DNA of 63,343 bases, filler included, from Bacteroidales bacterium (GCA_035389045.1; 9 parts of 9 records of this genome joined end to end with filler, not necessarily neighbours in it), one strand, 5' to 3'; shown: positions 41,227-51,406, numbered from the whole stretch's first letter. Notes: generated from the sequence alone by a model not told the origin. Program-made: numbers and translations.

Positions 41227-41428
41227 GGCATGAGGTAATTTATTTGTTTTTGAGCATATGTAACTCAAAATTAATGATTTTTAAGAAAAATTCCAATATT
41301 TTGAGCATAAAATTATATTTGGGCTCCCGGCGGGCCGGAGAAAAGATTAGCGAGGGTATGATTGCAGGGATGCGGCACATTACCCGAAGTAATTTTTCAA
41401 AAAAAGTTTTTTATTTATAAAAGTTTCA

Positions 41429-41436
41429 TAATTTTG
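41429..41436 (+). promoter_or_regulatory. -7 promoter element of the tRNA gene
   Basis: TAATTTTG, 13 nt before the tRNA. Confidence 0.6.
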
Positions 41437-41449
41437 CACCCTCGTTCGA

Positions 41450-41522
41450 TGTCCTGTAGTGTAATTGGCAACACGTCTGACTCTGGATCAGAAGAGTTCA
41501 GGTTCGACCCCTGACAGGACAA
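41450..41522 (+). tRNA. tRNA-Gln(CUG), CCA not encoded
   Basis: Acceptor TGTCCTG/CAGGACA, D-stem GTGT/ACAC, anticodon arm TCTGA-CT CTG GA-TCAGA, T-arm TCAGG-TTCGACC-CCTGA. Confidence 0.95.
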
Positions 41523-41530
41523 CTCCCATC

Positions 41531-41558
41531 AAAGCTGCATACACATGTAGCTTTTTTT
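41531..41558 (+). terminator. Terminator after the tRNA
   Basis: AAAGCTGCAT-ACAC-ATGTAGCTTTTTTT. Confidence 0.75.
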
Positions 41559-41801
41559 ATGCCCATAAAATTTCTGTCGGGGGGAGAAGTTTATCCGCCA
41601 CAGCATAGCGGAGGCGGAAGCCCAGGCAGGATAATAAAAACGGTATCAATTAATTGTCGCGTTTTTTTATTTCAAAAAAGCATGGCTTCCGGAGAAGTCC
41701 ATTACCAATTGTGAATGAATGTTCTTTCAGTCCATTAATGCAATAAATTATATTTGGCGGAATCTCATAATAAAAACACACTTTTCGCCAAATATAAAAA
41801 A

Positions 41802-41956
41802 TCATTCATTCTTTTTGAAAAGCACATCCATTTTTAAATCGCTGTTCACCAAACCAAGACTATGGTTGTTTTTAACCAGGCCAAAAGAGCTGATAAATGT
41901 GAGCATGATGTGCTTGTTTGTCCCGCTTAGTTTTTTAAATTTATTTTGTTTCGAAG
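41802..41956 (-). pseudogene. C-terminal remnant of an AAA-family ATPase gene
   Basis: Reads ..FKKLSGTNKHIMLTFISSFGLVKNNHSLGLVNSDLKMDVLF..*; no N-terminus; abuts a repeat. Confidence 0.45.
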
Positions 41957-42020
41957 TGCCCAACGCACCCCCACCGACTCCCCCGACGGGTGAGAACCGG
42001 CCGACGCACAGGAGGAGGAT
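41954..42020. repeat. Direct repeat 1 flanking the RelE/XRE TA
   Basis: Matches 42883-42948; core hairpin CTCCCCCGACGGG(T/G)GAG. Confidence 0.8.
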
Positions 42021-42169
42021 CCTTTTTTATGATTTTACCGTTTTTATTCCCCTTCCCAAAGTGGAAATCGCTGAAAATCATCCCCCTTTAGGGTTGAGCC
42101 AAGATGATTTTCAGCGATATCCCACCTGTCAACTTATTTTAGGACGATACACAAGTCAGCAGTAGTGCG

Positions 42170-42475
42170 TTATCCTATTAAAAGATTTATTTTTCTTCCG
42201 AGTCCGATTTCGAAGATGCGATACAAAGTAGAAAGTTGTATGTCACAGTTCCCATTTTCAAGTCGGGATATGTAACTCTTTTTAGTCCCAACTTTCTCGG
42301 CAAGTTCTTCCTGTGTCATATTGGCTTCCTGGCGGGCTGCTTTTAACATCTCACTGATTACAAAATATTGGGCCTTTTCTTCAAATTTGTCACGCTTTGG
42401 TGTGCCAATCTTGCCATACTTTATGTCAAGCAGTTCATCAAAAGTCCTGGCATCTTTAATATTTTTAGTTTTCAT
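42170..42475 (-). CDS. XRE-family HTH antitoxin
   Basis: LKAARQEANMTQEELAEKVGTKKSYISRLENG. Confidence 0.88.
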   Translation of the reverse strand: MKTKNIKDARTFDELLDIKYGKIGTPKRDKFEEKAQYFVISEMLKAARQEANMTQEELAEKVGTKKSYISRLENGNCDIQLSTLYRIFEIGLGRKINLLIG

Positions 42476-42476
42476 A

Positions 42477-42815
42477 TTATTTATGTTTAAAGTATTCTTT
42501 CATCAGTCTTATTGCCAATTCAATTTCTTCTTTCGGAGCCTTTTGTGTCTTTTTCTGAAAACCATTAAATAAGATCACTAAGTTACCTTTGTCAAAACAA
42601 CAGAATATTCTATAGATATTACTGCTATGTTCTACTCTTATTTCAAATAGTCCGTCTGTTCCAGCCATATGTTCCATAAATTTTCCCGGCACCTTGTCAA
42701 CGGTACGCAATATTTTGAAAACATAATCAATTTTCTCTTGCACACCTTTTGATTGGTCGGTATAAAAGTCCGTGAAGTAGTGTTTGAAGAAAATAATTTG
42801 TCGTTCTGTTTTCAT
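42477..42815 (-). CDS. RelE/ParE-superfamily (HigB/Gp49-like) toxin
   Basis: GLFEIRV, IYRIFCCFD, NGFQKKTQK.P..EI; toxin-first operon. Confidence 0.88.
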   Translation of the reverse strand: MKTERQIIFFKHYFTDFYTDQSKGVQEKIDYVFKILRTVDKVPGKFMEHMAGTDGLFEIRVEHSSNIYRIFCCFDKGNLVILFNGFQKKTQKAPKEEIELAIRLMKEYFKHK

Positions 42816-42821
42816 GATGCA

Positions 42822-42842
42822 AAGTTAACTATAAAGTTAACA
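42822..42842 (-). promoter_or_regulatory. Putative TA operator
   Basis: Tandem AAGTTAAC...AAGTTAAC with palindromic GTTAAC cores just upstream of the toxin. Confidence 0.45.
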
Positions 42843-42882
42843 TAACCCAAATTATTGTAAAGATTTTTCAAAGTCTATACTA

Positions 42883-42948
42883 AAGTGCCGACGCGCCCCC
42901 ACTAACTCCCCCGACGGGGGAGAACTGTCCGACGTACAGTAGGATGAT
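42883..42948. repeat. Direct repeat 2 flanking the RelE/XRE TA
   Basis: Matches 41954-42020. Confidence 0.8.
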
Positions 42949-42975
42949 GGAAAAACCCTAAAAGAGAAGACAGAA

Positions 42976-43200
42976 GTGGCCGGAAAGGTCTGGATAAACG
43001 ACACTCAATATTTTGCCGGGGTTCCACAAGTTGCCTGGGAGTTTTACATAGGCGGTTACCGACCCACTCAAAAATGGCTCAAAGACCGCAAAGGCCGGGT
43101 ATTATCGTTTGAGGATATTCTGCACTATCAGAAAATTATTGTGGCGCTGACGGAGACGGAGAGGGTTATGGGGGAGATTGATAAAATCGAACTTGTTTGA
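42976..43200 (+). pseudogene. C-terminal fragment of a Type ISP restriction-modification enzyme
   Basis: GKVWINDTQYF.GVP..AWEFYIGGY.P.QKWLKDRKGR.L..EDI.HYQKII.AL.ET; rest of the gene absent. Confidence 0.75.
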
Positions 43201-43278
43201 GAAAGTGTCTCAACAAAGTTTATACTTTATTTTCGATATTTTACGCATACATAAAGGATGTTGTGTGTGTCCGTTCTT

Positions 43279-44475
43279 TTATTCTTTTATTATTTTATTT
43301 ATCACATTTATATCTTGTCCTACCAATTTCAGAATATAAACACCTTTGCTAAGGGTTGAAATATCTATCATCGTTTCTTCCTCTTGTGCGGATTGTTTTA
43401 ATAGCAATTCACCGTGAATGCTGTAAAGTAAAATTGTCCCATTTTTGATTTCGGAAGTAGTCGTGATAAAGATATAATCACTGGACGGATTCGGATAAAT
43501 TAAATAGTTTGACAATAAAGTATTCCCAGGTATTTCTGTGGTAATATCTGTACTCCATAAATCCTTCATAAGTAAAGCTCCATTGATCGATCCTGTTCCA
43601 ATATAAAACATATTGCCAATCGAAAAGCCAACAGCACAAGATCTCGGAGCATTGGTAAAACTTGGAAATGATGTCCAGGTGTCATTAATAGGATCATATT
43701 TCCAAAAGTCGCTTAATCCCGTATTTGTATTAACAGGCAACCCGGTCCCAATTATAGCATAATTACCATTAGAAATAGCAACAGAATAACTTCTTGCAGG
43801 CCCGGGGAAGTTTGCTTTTTGTGTCCATGTATCATTGTCAGGATCATATTCGTAAACTTCATTATGGGGGGTACCAGACGGATAAGTTCCGCAACCAATA
43901 TATCCTTTGTTATTAATTGAAAAACTGAATATAAAAGCCCTTGGAACCGGGCAATTTGCTTTTTGTGTCCAGGTATTATTGGAGGGGTCATATTCATAAA
44001 AATCGCTAAGCACATTATATGTACTTGTAATACCTAACCCAACATAACCTTTATTGCCAATGGAGAAGCCACAAGCGGAGAACCTCCCAACTCCGGGGAT
44101 ATTTGCTTTTTGTGTCCAGGTATTATTAGTTGCAGAATACTCCCAACAATCAGCAAGGGAAGTATTCCCGTTGACGCCAGTAACTACGTATGCGTTTGAG
44201 TCTATTGTAAAGCAGACCGCACGTGATCTGGCAGGTAGTAAATTTGGTATAGTACTCCAGGTATCATTCGTAGAATTATACTTGTAGAAAGAAGCCAGTT
44301 GGCCAGAATTGTAATCAAAACCCGATCCGATATAGCCATAGTCGCCTATGGCAAAACCCACAGCCGTGCCACGAGAAGTGCCGGAAAAAGCTGCTTTTTG
44401 TGTCCATGTTTGTCCGTAATTTCCGCTCAAGCCAATAATGGACAGTAAAAAAATTGAAATGATGCTCCTTTTCAT
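43279..44475 (-). CDS. T9SS-secreted kelch-repeat beta-propeller protein
   Basis: Six WTQKA..R...F.I..KGY.G.G-type repeats; CTD IYPNPS..KGVYILK..KIIKE. Confidence 0.88.
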   Translation of the reverse strand: MKRSIISIFLLSIIGLSGNYGQTWTQKAAFSGTSRGTAVGFAIGDYGYIGSGFDYNSGQLASFYKYNSTNDTWSTIPNLLPARSRAVCFTIDSNAYVVTGVNGNTSLADCWEYSATNNTWTQKANIPGVGRFSACGFSIGNKGYVGLGITSTYNVLSDFYEYDPSNNTWTQKANCPVPRAFIFSFSINNKGYIGCGTYPSGTPHNEVYEYDPDNDTWTQKANFPGPARSYSVAISNGNYAIIGTGLPVNTNTGLSDFWKYDPINDTWTSFPSFTNAPRSCAVGFSIGNMFYIGTGSINGALLMKDLWSTDITTEIPGNTLLSNYLIYPNPSSDYIFITTTSEIKNGTILLYSIHGELLLKQSAQEEETMIDISTLSKGVYILKLVGQDINVINKIIKE

Positions 44476-44732
44476 AGTAAGATGTATTGAATTTATGTGT
44501 TTATTTACGTCGTTCATTTTAGTGTTTTTCCAGGAGTTGCACTTGATTTGTCCCTGCATTATGGAGCAAAAAAACAAAAGACCGACAGTATTATATACTT
44601 ATTATTTTTTCCTTTGCGTATAACGATTGGCTTGCTATTAGTCCACTTGTAAACTCTTATAAACGGTTGCATGCAGTTGTATGTGTTTACCGGGACAAAG
44701 ATAGAGCTTCCGGCTCATCATTACCCGAAAAT

Positions 44733-45000
44733 TATGTTTTGTCAACCCAATTCAGGATTAGAAAAAACTTGTCAACTTTTTTTAGGATGATCCGGTAGTC
44801 CATGCTAAGATAAAGCTTGCTTTTTGCCGGCAGGTCGCACTCCAATAGATGTTGAAGCATAAGCGTGGTTTTGCCCACACCGCGGGCCCCCGTGAGCCCT
44901 GTCAACCGCTCCCCCCATTCGATTTCCCCATAAATATCCCTGCGAAATAAAAAAACAGTGGATTCAATTAATTGATTCTGATACGAATAGCGTGTTCCCT
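44733..45000 (-). pseudogene. N-terminal remnant of an AAA_14 ATPase
   Basis: ..IEWGERLTGLTGARGVGKTTLMLQH..LYLSMD then truncation. Confidence 0.6.
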
Positions 45001-45084
45001 TGCAAAATGTAAAGTTGATTGTACAAAATCAATCAAAAAATGTACAATTGGATATACATTCATAGTAAAATCAAAAAAACCATC

Positions 45085-46059
45085 TTAATAGTATTCTATT
45101 TCAAACTCATAAGCCGACACAAGGGCGCCGCCTTCATAGGTATCACACTTAATCATGTTGCCGATCTTATCATACTCATACTCGATAACAGTTTTCCGCT
45201 CCAGGCTGCCGTCCGATCTGTATTGGTTTTCCTCAACCCTGTCGCCTTTGTCATTATTTTTATAGACGGCTTTTGAATGTATGCTGCCATCAGCGTTGTA
45301 TATGGTGTATCCCAGCCAAAAGCCTTTGTCATAAGTCCTTATTTCTCTGTGGTCAATACTTCCGTCGGATTTGTAAGCTACACTCCCGGTCCTGTTTCCT
45401 TTGCTGTCAAAAGTCAGGGTGGTTCTGTAACCATAAGAACTGTAATTATTTTCCATGGTTTTATTTCCCCGGTCATCATAGTTATAAACACTGACCGATT
45501 TATATTGAACCCCGCCGTCAGGATTATAACTTATGTATTGCAATAAATTTCCTTTATAGTCGTACAGGTACGAATTTTTATGTTCCAGCTTATCCGCATT
45601 ACAGACGGTTTCCCCGGTCATGTTTCCTTTGTTATCATATTCGTAAATATATTTACGTTCAAGGCTGTCCTGTGCATTGTAACGTTCCATCCCGGTCATG
45701 CGGTCATCGGCGTCATATTTAAAAATCCATTTACCCTTCAGGCTGCCGTCGGTATTGTAATAATCTTCTTCGGTCTTATACCCTTTGGTGTTGAATCGCA
45801 AGGTTGTTTTATTGATGATTTCTCCCTTAGTATATCCTCCCGGATTTTTCACAACCCTGTAATAGTTTTCGGTTCGTGTTTTTATTTCCCCTTTTAATTT
45901 GTATTTTGAGAGGTCGTTTTCTTTTTTTTTGGTATCGGCGCTTACCTTTTTTACTGTATCATTGGTTTCTGTCTGATCAGCGGAATTTTTTTTTCCTCCG
46001 TTGCAGGAAACCATCAACGACAATGATAATACAGCTAAAAACAACAATATATTTTTCAT
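45085..46059 (-). CDS. Lipoprotein with YD-like repeats
   Basis: Lipobox MVS-C; repeated Y.YD.KGN..E..Y..DGSL. Confidence 0.8.
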   Translation of the reverse strand: MKNILLFLAVLSLSLMVSCNGGKKNSADQTETNDTVKKVSADTKKKENDLSKYKLKGEIKTRTENYYRVVKNPGGYTKGEIINKTTLRFNTKGYKTEEDYYNTDGSLKGKWIFKYDADDRMTGMERYNAQDSLERKYIYEYDNKGNMTGETVCNADKLEHKNSYLYDYKGNLLQYISYNPDGGVQYKSVSVYNYDDRGNKTMENNYSSYGYRTTLTFDSKGNRTGSVAYKSDGSIDHREIRTYDKGFWLGYTIYNADGSIHSKAVYKNNDKGDRVEENQYRSDGSLERKTVIEYEYDKIGNMIKCDTYEGGALVSAYEFEIEYY

Positions 46060-46159
46060 AACAACCGCCGGTTAAGGGGTACAATATACAAACATATTTC
46101 AATACAGTCAGGGAATTAAATCAAAACCAAGGCGTCTTATCTGTTTTTATATCATATAT

Positions 46160-47703
46160 TTAAAAAAATATTTTTTTGGACAAAACAAACCGCTGGTTTT
46201 TAATTAAGATTAAGTAAGTTCCTCCTGATAAATTATCCGGTAGCTGAAGTATGTTTATTCCAGCCTTCAGTCCGATCTCAGTATGATACACCAGCCTTCC
46301 GCCGGCATCGGTCAGGCAACAATCAAAAGAAGAGCCATCTCCGGTATTTTCAGGAATAGTAATATAAAGTTTGCCTCCATACACATACATATCAATATTA
46401 TCCGGGGAGTTTTCATTAATGGAATTGTAAGGAAACGTAATTTTGTATGAACCTATATTGTTTAGTTCATCGGTCTCAACCAAGCCGGAATCCGCATCGG
46501 CCAGATAGAACAAATAATACGTAGCCTGTGTAAAAGGTGGCGGATACGTAATGTGGGCTGAAGAAGCAAATGTATTTCCGGAAGTGACAGGACTGACAGA
46601 ACCTGTATAAAGCAAAGAATCGCTGCTGTTTAAAATGCTGTCGTTTGACCAGAAAAATTTCACCGTGGTTGCCGGGCCATCCACTTGCCCTGTATTGGTA
46701 ATAGAATAATTAATATCAAACCCGGGTTGATTAAGCGGGACATCAACAGGCACCAGGGAGTCATTTGCTTCATAATCAAGTGAAAATCCTTCGATGCTGA
46801 AGTTGTCTACCCTCATTCCCTGGGCTGACCCGTTATTCCATATTTCTTCAGCCGCGCGGAACTTAAATCTGAACACGACATGTGCGTTACCTTTCAGGAA
46901 TGAAATATCGAATGCTGTGGAATCAAGTGTGACAATATTATTCGGCATGGAATATCCTGACCAGCCGGGCTGGTAGAATAAGAGCCCCAGGCTTGAAAAG
47001 TCGTACCAGTTATAGGCCTGCCCGTATTGAGTGGTAAGCAGGGTCCAGGTATTTCCTCCGTCGGTAGAAAACTCAAAATTTCCACCCTGATCATCAGATA
47101 GCCCGCAACCACTGGCATAGCCTATGCACATCAGGTCAAACGAAAGGGAAATCTTTTCTGTTTTGCTGAAATCAAAGGAGGGGGATTCCAAATACCAAAA
47201 AGGCAAATAGTTCGTGTTGAAAATAAGGCCGATTTTATCTGTGAACATCTGACCTGATTTCCGGTCGTTGAGCTCATTACCTTCACCGGGAACCACCATG
47301 TTTCTGAACCGGAATTTATCTTTCCAATGAACCCCTGTATAGGTTTTTACATAATGATGCCAGCCATTGACGACGGTATCGTTGAAATCCATAAAATACG
47401 GGTAGCTTGAAATACTGTCAAGCGCCAGGTTCCAATAGCCGGTATTATTTAATTCATTCGATTCGGCATTGGTGTTATTGGCGTCCACTTTATAAATCAA
47501 ATAATTGTAATTCACAAGATTGGCCGGAGCGTTGAACATCTCATTGATATAATAACTCATATCCGGCCTGATCTGCGGGACACCGACCTGGCCTAATGAA
47601 AAATCCGAACCATCCCATAGGGTATCGGCTGAAAGATAATATTTTGTAATACTGGGGCCGGAAATATAATTACCCTGATTTTTTATGTTCATAAAAAATT
47701 TAA
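46160..47703 (-). pseudogene. 3' part of a T9SS-secreted CARDB-domain protein, interrupted by an IS
   Basis: CARDB-type ends (ESNELNN, ETDELNN) and a CTD; begins mid-domain with no signal peptide. Confidence 0.65.
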
Positions 47704-47753
47704 CCCACATTGCAGCTATCCGAACGTATTCTTCTGACAACCAATAGTTTCAA
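47704..47753. mobile_element. IS terminus CCCACATTGCAGC (IS1634-like) at a contig end
   Basis: Interrupts a coding region after TTTAA; family call rests on end-sequence resemblance only. Confidence 0.5.
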
Positions 47754-47853
47754 NNNNNNNNNNNNNNNNNNNNNNNNNNNNNNNNNNNNNNNNNNNNTTA
47801 ATTAATTAANNNNNNNNNNNNNNNNNNNNNNNNNNNNNNNNNNNNNNNNNNNN

Positions 47854-47985
47854 GGCGGGGTTTCCTGACGCAGCATAGCTGGTCGGGACTACTTTGCATA
47901 GATTTTCAGTGTTTTCTGAGAGCGGGCTGAAGCATTCGCCAGGAGGTCCTTTTTTGCTTACTTTTTTGGACAAGCAAAAAAGTAA
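47854..47985. repeat. Composite REP/MITE element, copy 2 (partial)
   Basis: 132 bp colinear with 2189-2320, few substitutions. Confidence 0.85.
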
Positions 47986-48073
47986 GAGAAAAATCTCATG
48001 TTTACAACAAAAACAAATGTGTAATATTAAGGTATAAACGCTTTTCTAATTTTTAAACTACTGGCAATCGGTA

Positions 48074-49294
48074 TTATTCAGGTTTGTTGTTAAGGATTTT
48101 TAAACAAAAATCTTTGATATGCATCCGTATAATGCCTTTGTATGTTGAAGTTTCGGCTATTTCATCCATGGTGAGCACGTACTTGGGAAAATTATCAGCT
48201 ATTTCAAGCAGGTTATCAAATTCGCGGTTAATGGTTTCTTGATTTGTCAGCATATACGCTACCTGTACATAGATTTTATCACCGGCTTTCTGTGCGATAA
48301 AATCAATCTCCTTATTTCCCTGCACACCCACGCTTACTGAGTAACCAGCCATTTTCAGATGCAGGTAAACGATGTTTTCAAGTATTTTATGAATATCTGT
48401 AGCTTTATAGCCAACAATAGTATTTCGGATACCAACATCTTCAAAGAAGTACTTCTCCCCGATTTCAAATATTTTCTTCCCTTCAATTCCTGTGCGCTTA
48501 ACTTTAAATATTAAAAATGAGGATTCAAGGTAGCCAAGATAATCAATTACTACCTGTGGTGAAATATTAATTTTCTGAGCTTTAAGGTATTCACTTATTT
48601 TTTTTGAAGAAACTATGCTGCCAAGATTATCAGATAAAAATCCAACTAAGTTTTCTAAAAACTTTACGTTTCGGATATTAAAACGAGCTACTACATCTTT
48701 CAGAAGTATCGTGTTGTAAATGCTTGTTAAGTATTCATAGGCGACCTGAATCTCTTTGCTTAGGTTAATCAGGTATGGGAGGCCCCCAAACTTCATATAG
48801 TCCTGAAATGATTCAACCGAATCAGAAATTTTATTAAAAATTAAAAATTCAGCATAGCTTAAACCAAAGACTTTTATTTCGATATACCTGCCGCTTAACA
48901 ACGTGGCAAGTTCACCCGATAGCAGGTTTGCATTACTCCCCGTGCAATAGATATCGAAGTTTTTTCTCGTTCCTAAATCTCTCAGCGTAATTTCAAAAGA
49001 TTCAATATCCTGAATTTCATCAATAAACAGGGCTACTTTTCCATTCTCTTTGACGTTTTTCTTAAGATAGTCAAACAGGTCGTCCGAATTTTTAATTGCT
49101 GAAAACTCATTTTGTTCTTTGTTGATATATATTATTTGCGTATTTGGTTCCTGAGTATTAATAAGGTCTCTCAGCTGCATAAGAAGATAACTTTTTCCCA
49201 CTCTTCTTTGACCAACCAATACCTTTATCAGCGATTTACCGATAAATGGTTTTATCTTTTCGATATACAAAGGTCTGTTTATGTAATCAACCAT
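48074..49294 (-). CDS. AAA_14/DUF4143 ATPase
   Basis: GQRRVGKS, FIDEIQ, TGSNA.LLSGELAT.LSGR, GGLP, LENIVY, EIDFIA..YVQV. Confidence 0.88.
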   Translation of the reverse strand: MVDYINRPLYIEKIKPFIGKSLIKVLVGQRRVGKSYLLMQLRDLINTQEPNTQIIYINKEQNEFSAIKNSDDLFDYLKKNVKENGKVALFIDEIQDIESFEITLRDLGTRKNFDIYCTGSNANLLSGELATLLSGRYIEIKVFGLSYAEFLIFNKISDSVESFQDYMKFGGLPYLINLSKEIQVAYEYLTSIYNTILLKDVVARFNIRNVKFLENLVGFLSDNLGSIVSSKKISEYLKAQKINISPQVVIDYLGYLESSFLIFKVKRTGIEGKKIFEIGEKYFFEDVGIRNTIVGYKATDIHKILENIVYLHLKMAGYSVSVGVQGNKEIDFIAQKAGDKIYVQVAYMLTNQETINREFDNLLEIADNFPKYVLTMDEIAETSTYKGIIRMHIKDFCLKILNNKPE

Positions 49295-49462
49295 ATTTCA
49301 ATTATGATTTAAATTTTCTGCAAATATAATAAAAGATTCAAACATAATTGAAGAAAATAAAATATCTTTGCATTTCTTCAATTATAGGATAATCTTTTTT
49401 CGGATCAGGCATTCAGGATTTTCTATTTTCCGCAATCCTATTGCACCAATCAAGATTGTTAT

Positions 49463-49600
49463 AGCCCAATCCAAAAAGTATGATTTTTGAAAATCAGCTT
49501 TGCCCCGGCCCAAAGGGAGGGCTGATTTTCTGCGACTTCCCTTTGGGATAATGGGCAAAAAGTCGCAGGTTAAGAAAAAACCGGGCTTTTCGGAGTGGCC
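49463..49600. mobile_element. MITE-like element
   Basis: Imperfect ends GCCCAATCCAAAAAG ... CTTTTCGGAGTGGCC; internal GAAAATCAGC/GCTGATTTTC and CTGCGACTT/AAGTCGCAG stems. Confidence 0.55.
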
Positions 49601-49946
49601 CCTTGTAATATTTGTTTTTCGTATTATTTTCTTTTCAACTTCCTTTTGAACTTATGCAAAAATTACACATGTTGACTTTTCTTCTAATTCTTTTGATTCT
49701 TCGGTTCTATAATTATCTGTATATTTTATTTAAAATATTTTCCATTAAACCCAAATCAAGCATCAGTAGACTGTATACCTTTCCGAATGGCTCAACCTTA
49801 AGGGCTAAAACTAAATAAGGGTGGAACCACTTTGCCGGATTGGCTTACGCTCAACACTGTTTCATGCTTGTACTGTATGGTGGGTCGGGGAGTATTCCCC
49901 GGTCATAAATTTCGCTTGCCGATAGACTACTATCCCTTTAAAAAAA

Positions 49947-50891
49947 TCAGTTCTTTATCAGTTTCTTTTGAAATGTCCCGTTCGTGCCAGTCAACCGGAT
50001 CAGATAAACGCCGGATGTTATGGAAGTAATATCTACCATGTTTGTTCCACTCACCAGATCGCTCGTTAAAACACATGCTCCAATAGCATTATAAACCTGC
50101 ATTTTTAAACCTGTCCTTTCGGCACAGTCAATGTACACTCTGTCAGTGGCCGGATTCGGATAGATTTGAATATCATCGTTAAAATTCACATCTTCAATAG
50201 TTGCTTGAAAATCACAGATACAACGAACAGAATACCCCAGAACTTTATCTGCATGGGTTCTTAATAGATAGGAATGATTATAGTTTACACCAGGCCCCCA
50301 GGCCGATGTGGCACTGTAAGACGTTGAAGTCCACCATACTCCGTAGGATCCAATATTAGAAAAGGTTCCATAGAAATATCGTGAGCCACCGGGCAGTGCT
50401 GTAAAACCACTGCTATTGGTAGCCCCTGTATTTGGACTATGCCAATGGCTGGTACCAGTTTCTTTTAATTTGCCGCCGATATCCGTTCCGACTTCACCTG
50501 TAATGGTCGTGTCGGCTGTGTTATCAAGATATTTTACCATTATGTTCCATTCAGCATCAGAGGGCACATGCCAGTTTGCAGGGCATAAATTATGGACATG
50601 GGTTGCGGCATACCAATTATAAAGTCGTCCGTAGGTAGCAGCATTTGAAGGATTATTGCTGATATCACAATATGCACCTGTCGAATTGTTCGTCCAGGAA
50701 GTATTATTTGTTATGTTGGGGATAGAATCACCATTACGATAATGGGTGACTTTCAGGTTCTCCTTCATCCAGACTTGTGTCCCGATGGTCACGGTATTAT
50801 AAACATTTCCGTCAATATCGGTAACTGTCTGGGCTTGATTTATAAAAGTCAAAAATACAAGTCCGGCCAAAAGCAAAATTGTTTTTCTCAT
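49947..50891 (-). CDS. FISUMP (Fibrobacter succinogenes major paralogous) domain protein with T9SS CTD
   Basis: TDIDGNVYNTVTIGTQVWMKENL, YGRLYNWYA, LCP..WHVPS..EW, GFTALPGG, GYSVRC; IYPNPA. Confidence 0.9.
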   Translation of the reverse strand: MRKTILLLAGLVFLTFINQAQTVTDIDGNVYNTVTIGTQVWMKENLKVTHYRNGDSIPNITNNTSWTNNSTGAYCDISNNPSNAATYGRLYNWYAATHVHNLCPANWHVPSDAEWNIMVKYLDNTADTTITGEVGTDIGGKLKETGTSHWHSPNTGATNSSGFTALPGGSRYFYGTFSNIGSYGVWWTSTSYSATSAWGPGVNYNHSYLLRTHADKVLGYSVRCICDFQATIEDVNFNDDIQIYPNPATDRVYIDCAERTGLKMQVYNAIGACVLTSDLVSGTNMVDITSITSGVYLIRLTGTNGTFQKKLIKN

Positions 50892-51245
50892 AACAGCTTA
50901 TTTAAATTATCAGTTTTTGCACCATATTTTATTTATAAAGCCAGGGACACTATGGGGCGTTACACCGGGCGTTCCCACTTAACCGTGCCATACTACTCAG
51001 CCCTCACAGCTTGTCCCGTTTTGGTGGAGTTTTTTCTTCACCATGGCAAAAATATGCAATATAATGGTATTCAGGGGGATCAGTGTGAAAAAAAATTCAG
51101 GATATCATTGTCAGGGAAAGCGGGTTGGGTAGTTGCCCAAAGCCCGGTTCTGGTTACAACTATTACCTTAAACGATTACGCATAAGAGGATACGAATCAA
51201 TGCCTGAAGGTTATCAGAATATTGCTCCATCCGCCAGCCGGCGGA

Positions 51246-51319
51246 AACCGCTGTCCGCCACTGCGGAACGAGACCCGGGAGCCTGTCCCGGTATTTTTCC
51301 ATGTCGGGATACAGTGGTG
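51246..51319. repeat. 74-bp palindromic direct repeat 1 flanking higBA
   Basis: Matches 52318-52391. Confidence 0.85.
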
Positions 51320-51406
51320 TGCCTGCTCCGTAACGCAGTGTGCGGGGAGAGGCTCTCCCCGTCAGTGTTTACTGGCGGGGCAGCTTACCCGATTACCAAA
51401 CGTACA

